A DNA stretch of 64,000 nt, from contig JBAXBA010000006.1 of NCBI GenBank assembly GCA_037142195.1, positions 1 through 64,000 of the forward strand. Direction: 5' to 3'. Positions 55,634 to 64,000 of the stretch are shown here, one piece after another. Position 1 is the stretch's first letter. Every line of letters begins with the position of its first letter. The stretch is from Pseudomonadota bacterium (GTDB taxonomy: Bacteria; Bdellovibrionota_B; Oligoflexia; Oligoflexales; CAIMVM01). The notes under the pieces are model-generated. The model was not told the origin of the DNA and did not search any database. It was given only the letters and a program-made list of their open reading frames with translations. The position numbers were made by a program, and so were the translations under genes.

Positions 55634-57337
55634 TTATTTTAACTCCTTCATGCAGGAATAGGTTTCTGTAGCAAAGTAAGATTGAAATACTTTTTCAAGT
55701 TTACCTTCGGACAGCTCAAAAGCCATTTTGGTAGATTCCAGAGTTTCCAAGGAAATCGTGGAAAGATTTGAGAGACTCCTTGCCATGTGGATGGCAAGAC
55801 CTTTGGATAGTAGAGAACCGTCTCCAATAATCTCTGTCATAAGTTCATTTACGGTTGCTACTGGTTTTTGCACTTTACCGCTAACGACACAGGCCTTTTC
55901 ATTGTTTCCTATAATGAAAGACTGCAGCAAGTCGAAAGTCACGGGCTTATTTACGCCCCCATCTAGAACCACCCATGGCTCCTTAATGGCGGCACTGTAG
56001 TTAGTATCTTCTTGAATATTGAAGGCATTATAGAGCTGGCCTTTTGAGTTGAAGGGTCGAAATAGGATAGAAGCAGAAGCCAAGTTTCGATTTAAATGGC
56101 AGGACTGACAAATATTGCCAGACTCAGGTATTGAGAGAGTACCGCGCGGAGCAACAGTGCCATCTGAATTTACAAGTCCACGGCGATCCCCACTTTTAAA
56201 ACAGCTTGGAATAGGATTCACGACTTCACCTACTGGTCCGTTGGTGGCTGCCTGCAGCGTCTGGCCATGGATCATAAAGTGGGCGATGGCCATCCGACCA
56301 TAATTGTTATTTTCAATTAGGAAGCTCGAGGGTTTAGAAGAGAGAAAGCTTACAGATGTAAAATATCCTTGGCGTGGAAGAGATAATCGGCAGGACTGCC
56401 AGCCTGCAGTTGGGGACGGACAACCATAAAGGGAAGCGGTTTTAGAGCTGACCATGAGCGTGGGCCCCAAAAGCATGTCTTTATATTTTACGTTATCGTA
56501 TCCACTTTTTAGAAGTTGATAGAATTCATCTTTGAGGTCTTCATCAAGTTCAGGACTATAATTGACTTGATTAGCTCCTGATACCTTGTAGGCAAATTTC
56601 TTAAGCCCTTTATCTATAAATTCTGCTTTCCAATCTGTTGCGAGGCGATCTTTAATAAGGTATCGATGCTTTTGCTCTACATTTATATCTGGATCAGATC
56701 CAGCCAGGGCTATTTCCCCTAAAGTGGGCTCTCTGGAAAAGGCGTCGTTGGTGACTCGTCTGATATATTCTCTAAATGTTGCCGGTGTTTTGCATTTAAA
56801 AGTGAGGTCTACTTTTACGTCATTTGCATCGATTTTGGCACCATCTGGATAAAGCAGATGGACATCTCTAAGTATGCTCGGTGCTTTTGCCTTGTACCAT
56901 GCAAAGAGTCGTTCTGTTTGCTTTGAGTCAATTTGTACTGCAGGTGGTGGCATGGGGGATGGGCCACTCGTAGATGATGTCATTCTGTTCACAATGGTCT
57001 GATAGACTTTTGCCGCGTCTGGGTCCAATTTAGCAGCTTCTACGCCATAGGATTTTGGTTCAAACGCCCAAAAACTTGCATATTCTCCTTTTGGTGTTTT
57101 TTCGTCGCCTTTACCGTGGCAGGAAGCACAGTTAGAGCTGAAGTAAACCATCGTTTCTTCGTCGGTCAGTGGAATTATGGGTTCCTCTGTTGCTGAGGGA
57201 GACTTTGTTCCGGAGGACGGATTTGACTTTTTTCCATCCATAGTTAATGCGGATGTTGTGCGCAAATTGACTACTTTAGACCCCTGTCGGTCACAGGCAG
57301 CCAAAAATATTAGAAAGATAATGGAAAGTTTGTGCAT
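55634..57337 (-). CDS. c-type cytochrome lipoprotein with DUF1595/1592/1588-like region
   Basis: LAA-C lipobox (start MHKLS after GAGGGG), CASCH..PMPP, YIRRVTNDAFSREPT, TASLYG, RQGYFTSVSFL, CQSCH..FRPFNSKG. Confidence 0.72.
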   Translation of the reverse strand: MHKLSIIFLIFLAACDRQGSKVVNLRTTSALTMDGKKSNPSSGTKSPSATEEPIIPLTDEETMVYFSSNCASCHGKGDEKTPKGEYASFWAFEPKSYGVEAAKLDPDAAKVYQTIVNRMTSSTSGPSPMPPPAVQIDSKQTERLFAWYKAKAPSILRDVHLLYPDGAKIDANDVKVDLTFKCKTPATFREYIRRVTNDAFSREPTLGEIALAGSDPDINVEQKHRYLIKDRLATDWKAEFIDKGLKKFAYKVSGANQVNYSPELDEDLKDEFYQLLKSGYDNVKYKDMLLGPTLMVSSKTASLYGCPSPTAGWQSCRLSLPRQGYFTSVSFLSSKPSSFLIENNNYGRMAIAHFMIHGQTLQAATNGPVGEVVNPIPSCFKSGDRRGLVNSDGTVAPRGTLSIPESGNICQSCHLNRNLASASILFRPFNSKGQLYNAFNIQEDTNYSAAIKEPWVVLDGGVNKPVTFDLLQSFIIGNNEKACVVSGKVQKPVATVNELMTEIIGDGSLLSKGLAIHMARSLSNLSTISLETLESTKMAFELSEGKLEKVFQSYFATETYSCMKELK

Positions 57338-57357
57338 TTTGAACCCCTCATACCTAT

Positions 57358-57385
57358 TCATCGGCCCCCCATTTAGAGAAATTGA
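57358..57385 (-). promoter_or_regulatory. Sigma28-like promoter
   Basis: TCAA-N16-GCCGATGA, about 20 bp upstream of the 57337 start. Confidence 0.55.
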
Positions 57386-57602
57386 AAAATATTTATTTTC
57401 GGTATTTATTTCAGATAGTTACAATGTGAATATAGGATTCATTTCAAAGACCTTTTATGAAGACCTTTTATTGAAGAAGATCCCTTGCTTCTTGCGTGCA
57501 AAGGTTTTTAAGCAGCTGTTTTTATGGGGATAAATTAGAACAAGTGATTGGAATTTATTCGGCAGTGTTCCATTACTGGATTTTGGCTTCAAGTAAAAAT
57601 GG

Positions 57603-57657
57603 CTTAAGGAAGAACAGCTTAAAGAAGAACAACTTAAAGAAGAACAACTTAAAGAGG
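57603..57657. repeat. 15-bp tandem repeat (CTTAAAGAAGAACAA) x about 3.6
   Basis: Units at 57603, 57618 and 57633, partial unit at 57648; intergenic. Confidence 0.9.
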
Positions 57658-57816
57658 ATTGAAAGCAAATGACAATTGCTATGGCTTCTTTCAGTCTAAG
57701 GTAGAAAAAATTGCTAATCGCACCAGTTAAGACCGAATTCCATCATCAAAGAATTTTGGGTTGGGAGGATGGAAAATAGTTTTCATGAATTTTATCGGCG
57801 ATCGGAGTTTTATGTC

Positions 57817-58266
57817 CTAAGGAGTCTTTTTTTCGTGGGGATCTTGGGGATTCAGTTCTGAAAGAGGGGCTTCAAATTTGCTATCCCCGTGGTTTGCCAG
57901 AGGCTCATGACGATCCGTGTGGTCACCATGGTGAGGGCCTCCTACGGCATTTTCAGGATAGAGATGGGCTTGGGCGTCCACAAATTCTTCTTTAACGGCT
58001 GCCACTGTCCCATGGACCGAGTGATTGACGTCCTGCCCTACTTTAGAAAGCTCTTTCTTTAGATTGACCAACTCTTCATCGCGGAGTTCGTTTTCAGCCT
58101 GGCGCATAAAGTGATCTACCCCAGACTTTACTTCAAAAGTAACGCGCCTAAATTTTACAAACCACTTCCCGAACTGTCGGGCCATGTCAGGCATTCCCTT
58201 GGGACCTACGAGCATAAACGCTAGGAACCCAATCACTAGAATTTCACCAAATCCGATACCAAACAT
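57817..58266 (-). CDS. tatB: Twin-arginine translocase subunit TatB
   Basis: MFGIGFGEIL....LVGPK.MPDMARQFGKW, amphipathic helix and a long charged tail. Confidence 0.85.
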   Translation of the reverse strand: MFGIGFGEILVIGFLAFMLVGPKGMPDMARQFGKWFVKFRRVTFEVKSGVDHFMRQAENELRDEELVNLKKELSKVGQDVNHSVHGTVAAVKEEFVDAQAHLYPENAVGGPHHGDHTDRHEPLANHGDSKFEAPLSELNPQDPHEKKTP

Positions 58267-58395
58267 AATTTAGACTCCGGTAAGTCTTATTGGAGGAGCC
58301 TTCATCATAGTGTAAATTAGTCTTTTAAGGAATGGTTTGAATTTGTACTTTTCAAGCTATATTTGCCGAACACTGTCGTAGCTAGCGGGGAAGAT

Positions 58396-59385
58396 ATGAT
58401 CATTGTAACTGGGGGAGCCGGGTTTATTGGAAGCGCTTTTGTGAAGCGATTAAATACTTTGGGGATAAAAAACATCCTCATTGTGGATAACCTCGGGGTA
58501 AGTGACAAATGGCAAAATTTAAATAACATACAATTTAATGATTTCATTAACAAAAATGATATTTTTTCGCTTTTCAACAAGTCCCCTTTGGTGCTTAAAG
58601 AAATAAGTGCAATAGTTCACATGGGAGCATGCTCTTCGACCACCGAAAGAGATGTTGATTACCTGATGTCCAATAACTTCCAGTGTAGTAAAGACTATTG
58701 GAACCTCTGTGCAGAACATTCGATTCCCTTTATATACGCATCTTCAGCCGCGACTTATGGCAATGGCGAGCTGGGCTATTCAGATAATTTAGATATAATT
58801 TCGAAACTGAAGCCCATCAATCCCTATGGGTATTCCAAACAGATTTTCGATCTTTGGGCCCTTTCAGCCCGGCGGCGCCCTCCTTTTTGGGCAGGACTCA
58901 AGTTTTTCAATGTGTTCGGACCCAATGAGTACCATAAAGGCTCCATGATGAGTTTGGTGTGTAAGGCCGTGCCCCAAATTCTTGAAACTGGAACATTAAA
59001 GCTTTTTAAGTCCCACAAAGAGGGGATTGCCCATGGTGAGCAAAAAAGAGACTTTGTTTATATAAAGGATGTGGTCGACGTTCTGATGCATTTTTACAGC
59101 TTACCGGTAGCAGGCATTCAGTCAGGCATTTACAACTTAGGCACGGGACAGGCCCGAAGTTTTGGAGATCTAGGTCGAGCTACCTTTAAGGCCCTCCAAG
59201 TTAAAGAAAACATCGAATGGATCGATATGCCCCTGGAAATGAGAGGTCAATATCAGTACTTTACTGAGGCCGATCTTTCCCGGCTTAGGAATCAAGGACG
59301 CTATACAAAGCCTTTCCTAAACCTCGAAAATGCGGTCGATGATTATGTCAAAAATTATCTTATAAGCGCCAACAAGTTCTTATGA
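58396..59385 (+). CDS. hldD: ADP-L-glycero-D-manno-heptose 6-epimerase
   Basis: MIIVTGGAGFIGS, HMGACSSTTE, YASSAATYG, YGYSK, FFNVFGPNEYHKGSM.S, YQYFTEAD. Confidence 0.96.
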   Translation: MIIVTGGAGFIGSAFVKRLNTLGIKNILIVDNLGVSDKWQNLNNIQFNDFINKNDIFSLFNKSPLVLKEISAIVHMGACSSTTERDVDYLMSNNFQCSKDYWNLCAEHSIPFIYASSAATYGNGELGYSDNLDIISKLKPINPYGYSKQIFDLWALSARRRPPFWAGLKFFNVFGPNEYHKGSMMSLVCKAVPQILETGTLKLFKSHKEGIAHGEQKRDFVYIKDVVDVLMHFYSLPVAGIQSGIYNLGTGQARSFGDLGRATFKALQVKENIEWIDMPLEMRGQYQYFTEADLSRLRNQGRYTKPFLNLENAVDDYVKNYLISANKFL

Positions 59386-60641
59386 AATTTCTACTCATTT
59401 TATGGGGACTTTTTTCCTTTTATTCGTTTTATTCCTATGGGGACGTGTTTACGTTTAAAGGCTTAGACAGGACGGATGAGTCCTGGATGAGAGACTATCT
59501 CACCCTCGATCTCAGCAAATCCTATACGGATCAAGAACTTGAGCAGCTCAAGACAAAACTTTTGACCACTGGCGTCTTTACTTCCGTTGAGGTGGCGCGC
59601 ACAGGGTCTGAAGTGACGGTCACAGTTGAAGAAAAATGGACCACAATCCCCGTTGCTCGGGGCGAATTCGGTGGGGGAACCCCCCTGCGGGTTTTGGGGC
59701 TCTATGATATTCATACCTTTGGTCGCCTTGTTTCAGCAGGAGCTGAGCTTAGACAGTATGGATCGAGCGATCCCGGCTTTGTTACATGGATGAAGTCCCC
59801 ACGCTTTAAAGACGGTAGATATACTCTTGGTGTCGAGTTGTGGAAGGATATCCGACGCCGCAACATTTATGATGAGGCCCGCCAACTTCTCGGAGAAGTC
59901 GAAGAGAGAAGTAAGCGCATCCGGTTTCAATATTTAGGGCCGTTGTCCATGCTAAGCTTTCTTTCAGATCGCCCTGGCTGGCAGATCGGCGCAGATGCCC
60001 ATGTTATCAAGTCAGAACCTACGGACTTTGAACCACAATTTGCAGGGGCTCAATCGCCCTTTCTCATTGAAGACAAAACAAAGTGGGAATCTAAGTTTTT
60101 TTTGACGACCGTCTATGATGATATTGCCGTGAATCAATATGATCTCGATGGAATGAGAAATATCTTTTGTTTCGGTAAAGACAGCACTAATTCTTTGATT
60201 TGGGATTTTGAATCATTTGCTTATCAATTAAGGGGAAATCTTAATTTAAGCGCCCATTTATATTTACAAAATCGAGTAGGAAAAGAACTCACTTCGCAGC
60301 GTTTCTTGGGAGGATTTGACGGTGTTCGTGGGGTATTTGACGGCATGCAGGTGGGGCCTAGGTCATGGCAACTCAATCAAGAAATAAAGACGAATGTATA
60401 CAGATCTAAGGACCTCTGGCTTATGGGTGCAGGTTTTTTTGACTTAGGTAAGGCATCTGATACTTGGGGCATCCGAGATCCGCTAGCGACCATGGGGGTA
60501 GGGATTAGAATCGCAAGCCCTAAAATATATCGACTTATGCTTCGAATAGACCATGGCTGGGCTATCGATGGTTCTAAACAAAAAGGATTTTCCATCGGGC
60601 TAAATGATTTCTTTCAGCCCTATCGACCGATTCAACATTAG
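59382..60641 (+). CDS. Omp85 (BamA/TamA-like) outer-membrane protein with one POTRA
   Basis: Signal peptide, GLDRT..TGVFTSVEV..VTVEEKW POTRA, LGGFDGVRG lid motif, FFDLG, GVGIR, RIDHG; ATGA overlap with hldD. Confidence 0.82.
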   Translation: MKFLLILWGLFSFYSFYSYGDVFTFKGLDRTDESWMRDYLTLDLSKSYTDQELEQLKTKLLTTGVFTSVEVARTGSEVTVTVEEKWTTIPVARGEFGGGTPLRVLGLYDIHTFGRLVSAGAELRQYGSSDPGFVTWMKSPRFKDGRYTLGVELWKDIRRRNIYDEARQLLGEVEERSKRIRFQYLGPLSMLSFLSDRPGWQIGADAHVIKSEPTDFEPQFAGAQSPFLIEDKTKWESKFFLTTVYDDIAVNQYDLDGMRNIFCFGKDSTNSLIWDFESFAYQLRGNLNLSAHLYLQNRVGKELTSQRFLGGFDGVRGVFDGMQVGPRSWQLNQEIKTNVYRSKDLWLMGAGFFDLGKASDTWGIRDPLATMGVGIRIASPKIYRLMLRIDHGWAIDGSKQKGFSIGLNDFFQPYRPIQH

Positions 60642-60806
60642 ATCTAGAAGTCTCTGACTCTTTCTATTTTAATAAGATTTTGCGAACTTGGGCCCAAAGG
60701 CCGCAAAAATAGTAGCTAGGACCCGTGTCGCATTTCATGGATAATCAGATTCAGGAAAAATGCAGTCCCGCCTAGAAGCTTTGGGCCATTCGTTCCGAGG
60801 CTTCCC

Positions 60807-63800
60807 TTAACCTTCGGCAGATGTTTCCTTAAATGCTTTTTGTAAATGCGCAGGGATATCTTTACTCATATCCACACCAACCACTTTGGAAACTCCCGGC
60901 TCCTGCATGGTGACGCCATAGAGGGTATCAAGGACTTCCATTGTCCGCCTGTTATGGGTGATGACGATAAATTGGAATCTTTCAGACAGAGCTTCTAGGA
61001 CGCGATTGTAGCGACCGACGTTGGTTTCGTCGAGAGGCGCATCGACTTCGTCTAGGAAGCAGAATGGTGTTGGTTTTGATTTGAGAAGAGCAAAAATAAG
61101 GGCAATGGCTGTTAAGGCTTTTTCACCACCGCTAAATAAGCGCATCGGCTGGCGCTTCTTACCAGGAAGCCGGACCATAATCTCTATGCCGCCATCGAGT
61201 GCTTTTTGTTCATTGGTGAGAAGAAGGTGCCCGTCGCCGCCGGGAAATAAGATAGGGAATAGTTCCTGAAATTCCCGATTGAGATTATGAAATGCTGCTA
61301 GAAACTTCTCTTCTGAGTTCTCCTCGATTTCATCGATAGCAGATTCCAATAAACTAGCAGAAGCTTCTACTTCATCTTTTTGTTTGGAAATAAAAGATTC
61401 TCTTGAGGATATGGTTTCATATTCCTCAATAGCCATCATATTGATCGGACCCATTGTATCTAAGTAGGAACGAATCTTTTGGACGTCTTTCGTGTATTTT
61501 TCTTGATGAAAACCTTCTGGCAGTTCTTCGTTGTAGTCCGCAATCTCAATCAAATAGCGTTCTTTGGCCTGTTCCATTGTGGAGGCAACCCCAAGGCTCA
61601 CCCGCTCTAATTCGATGTTTTTTTCGCCGAGTTCTTTTTGAACTTTATGAAGAAGGGTTCTTTGCTCTTTGATGCGGCTTTCTAAAGTCCTAATTTGCTC
61701 TACAAGTCCAGAATTAGCTTCGCGCTTTGAGAGCAACTTGTCTTCTAAGTCTTCGCGTCTTAGAATGAAAGACTCAATGTCTTTTTCTAAGGTTTCCTTC
61801 CTGGTGTGAGCTTCCGCCATGTCTTTAGTAAGACGGTCGATCGCTTCTTTTCGTCTCTCAATCTTAATGACAATGCTATCAATTTGAGATTTGAACTGCT
61901 CAAAGTTCTCACGCATAGAGCTGGCACGGGCCTTGGCAGTCGCCAGATCCATTTGCTTTTGCCCATATTGTCTTTGAATTTCATTTCTTTCATCTTCCAT
62001 TCCAGACATGTCGATTTGAAGCTGTTCTTTTTCTGTTTGTGTCTTGGACTTTTGAGAGTCTAGGTTTGAAGACTCCTCTAAAAGCCTCATCTTTTCGGAT
62101 TTGAGCTTACGGATTCCATCTTCTAAAATAGAATAGTCTTCTCGAACTTGGGTGGAAAACTCTTTTCTACTTTCGGCGTTACGTCGAGTATTTTCCAATT
62201 CGCTCATGGCCGCCATCCATTCGTGGTTGGCGACTTGAAGTTTTTGATCCACTTCTTTTAAGAGGATTTGATCATTTTGGGCGTCGGTTTCAATTTCTTG
62301 AATCTTAGTTGCAGCAGTAAGGAGTTCTTTTTCTAAATGCTCTAAGTCTTTTTCAAGTTTTTGGATCTCGGCTTTGCGGCCTAAAAGGCCGGCCTTATTT
62401 TCAGGGCTTCCTACAATGACGTCAGCGCTTCCTGTCCATATCATTCCATCATGGGTAAATAGAATGGCACCTTTTGGAATCTCAGAAAGATCTTCAGGAA
62501 GGCCTGAAGCTAAGATCATCCGCGAAAGTAGGCCGTTTAAATCATCGGTCTCAGACTTCACGTAAATAGAAGCAGGTTCAAAACCTTGCTGCTGTGCCCA
62601 AACTCTCGTTGTAGCAGAGTTTTCGTCTGAATCCACGAGGGCGACAGCAAAGCTAGGGGTGTCTTGCTTTTGGCAAGAGTCTCTAAGAGTGTTTAAGGAG
62701 TCATGATCGAGCACATAGGCACGCTCTAGAAACTTTTCTAAGCTCCTTAGGCAAGAAGGCGTGAGAGCCTTGGCCTTATCCGTAAAAGAGAGGTGATCGG
62801 AAAGTAGCCCAGCTTTATTGCCTAATTCGCCCATGGCGGAGCGTATGGCATCGACCTTTCCGCTTTGCTCTTCACTAAGGGCTCTTAAAACCTCAATGCG
62901 AGACTTGACGGTCATTAGCTGATTTTGGGTTTGATCTTTGCTTTTATTTAAATGAGAAAGGTCTTGGATCTTTTTTTGTACCAGGTCTTGAGTTTCTGCT
63001 TTTTTACCAGCGATGTCATCGAGGGTGCGTTTTCGGTTGGCAACTTTAATGTTGGCCCCATCAAGAACGATCTTTAATTGACTAAGTTCATTGTCAGCGC
63101 TGGAAATTTTCCCTGAAAAGCCAAGAATATTAGCTTCAGATTGGTTAAGGTCACGCTCTGTAGTTTCAAGCTTTAGAGTGTTTCCTACCATAAGCCGGTC
63201 AAGATTTCTGAGCTCTTGATCGAGTTCATGAATCTTAGAAGAATAGGTTTTAAACTTTTCTTCATTTTCCGAGACGATTTGATCAAAGTTTTCTATGTAA
63301 TGATTAAAGCGCGTCTCTTCTTCGACCGCCTTTTCCATAGCTTGTTCTACTGCTGCAAACCGCTGATTGGCTTCGGCAAACACCACCTCTTCTTCACCAA
63401 GTTCATGATTGAGTTCGGCAAGTCTTTGATCACCACCACCAAGTAAAAGAAGAGCACTCGCCAGCTGGGCTTCGGATGAAGCCGCTTTTTCACGAATGAC
63501 GGTAATTTCTTCACTTAAGGCATGAACCTCAGGATCTGCACTCGCGAGATCTTCCTGGACGCCAAGGAGCTGACCTTCAAAGGACGTGATGTTATTTTGG
63601 AATTCGATCTCAGAAAAATTACCGGTATCGATGGCTTTTTTAAGGGATTCTAGCTTTTCTCTAAAAAAACGAAAGTTATGTGCAAATAACGCGAGTTCTT
63701 TAAGTTTGAGCTCTTCGGACTTTGTTTTATAAGTGGTAGCTTTTTCTACCTGATCTTTGAGAGCTTTTTTCTGGCGATCCAGTTCTTTGAGAATGTCATC

Positions 63801-64000
63801 AATACGAGAAAGATTGAGCTTCGTATTTTCTAGCTTCTTTTGCGCTTCTGCTTTTCTCTTTTTAAAGACGAGAGTTCCTGCTGCTTCTTCGATGATTTCT
63901 CGAAGCTCTTCAGGTTTCGCCTGAAGAATGCGGTCTACCTGTCCCTGTTGGATCATGGAGTAGCTTTTGCCGCCAAGACCTGTATAGGCAAAGAAATCTA
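60807..64000 (-). CDS. smc: Chromosome segregation protein SMC (5' end outside window)
   Basis: YSMIQQGQVD, IEEAAG, coiled coils, PGKK, FSGGEKALTA, FCFLDEVDAPLD, FIVITH; the frame stays open to the window edge. Confidence 0.96.
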   Translation of the reverse strand, partial: DFFAYTGLGGKSYSMIQQGQVDRILQAKPEELREIIEEAAGTLVFKKRKAEAQKKLENTKLNLSRIDDILKELDRQKKALKDQVEKATTYKTKSEELKLKELALFAHNFRFFREKLESLKKAIDTGNFSEIEFQNNITSFEGQLLGVQEDLASADPEVHALSEEITVIREKAASSEAQLASALLLLGGGDQRLAELNHELGEEEVVFAEANQRFAAVEQAMEKAVEEETRFNHYIENFDQIVSENEEKFKTYSSKIHELDQELRNLDRLMVGNTLKLETTERDLNQSEANILGFSGKISSADNELSQLKIVLDGANIKVANRKRTLDDIAGKKAETQDLVQKKIQDLSHLNKSKDQTQNQLMTVKSRIEVLRALSEEQSGKVDAIRSAMGELGNKAGLLSDHLSFTDKAKALTPSCLRSLEKFLERAYVLDHDSLNTLRDSCQKQDTPSFAVALVDSDENSATTRVWAQQQGFEPASIYVKSETDDLNGLLSRMILASGLPEDLSEIPKGAILFTHDGMIWTGSADVIVGSPENKAGLLGRKAEIQKLEKDLEHLEKELLTAATKIQEIETDAQNDQILLKEVDQKLQVANHEWMAAMSELENTRRNAESRKEFSTQVREDYSILEDGIRKLKSEKMRLLEESSNLDSQKSKTQTEKEQLQIDMSGMEDERNEIQRQYGQKQMDLATAKARASSMRENFEQFKSQIDSIVIKIERRKEAIDRLTKDMAEAHTRKETLEKDIESFILRREDLEDKLLSKREANSGLVEQIRTLESRIKEQRTLLHKVQKELGEKNIELERVSLGVASTMEQAKERYLIEIADYNEELPEGFHQEKYTKDVQKIRSYLDTMGPINMMAIEEYETISSRESFISKQKDEVEASASLLESAIDEIEENSEEKFLAAFHNLNREFQELFPILFPGGDGHLLLTNEQKALDGGIEIMVRLPGKKRQPMRLFSGGEKALTAIALIFALLKSKPTPFCFLDEVDAPLDETNVGRYNRVLEALSERFQFIVITHNRRTMEVLDTLYGVTMQEPGVSKVVGVDMSKDIPAHLQKAFKETSAEG

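Noticed and set aside
62380..62900. SMC hinge apparently lacking the usual Gly-rich motif
   Set aside because: The alignment by eye is unreliable and the head motifs are intact; most likely ordinary divergence.

Overview
A mostly chromosomal bacterial window. The flagellin style, the fliL-fliA-cheY gene order and the long periplasmic FliO suggest Bdellovibrionota/Oligoflexia or another former deltaproteobacterium; this is inference, not a search result. Housekeeping content: mutM, a lone flagellin, tRNA-Ile(GAT), UDP-glucuronate decarboxylase, sucCD, murB, an Mrp/HCF101-like ATPase plus a DUF971 protein, trxB, dacB, GTP-type PEPCK, class Ia nrdAB with tandem NrdR boxes, a flagellar export/regulation operon (fliLMNOPQR-flhBAFG-fliA-cheY plus two extra genes), tatB, hldD, an Omp85 protein and the 3' part of smc. 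Three regions stand out. (1) 19729-31266 is an overlapping four-gene operon. It joins a YdbH/AsmA-like lipid-bridge protein and a YnbE/YdbL-like lipoprotein to a 2139-aa exported beta-propeller/TPR/CHAT (caspase-like) protein with an apparent His/Cys dyad, followed by a second lipoprotein. (2) 53315-57337 is a three-gene exported module with a sigma28-like promoter: a two-CxxCH DUF1592/1588-like lipoprotein, a Cys-rich lipoprotein and a Tat-exported DUF1501/1552-like protein. (3) 2533-5281 holds a plasmid-type parAB pair beside the tRNA, with 11-bp-phased DnaA-like boxes, direct repeats and palindromes, but no Rep, integrase or dnaA. All family calls come from recognising motifs by eye; no searches were run.
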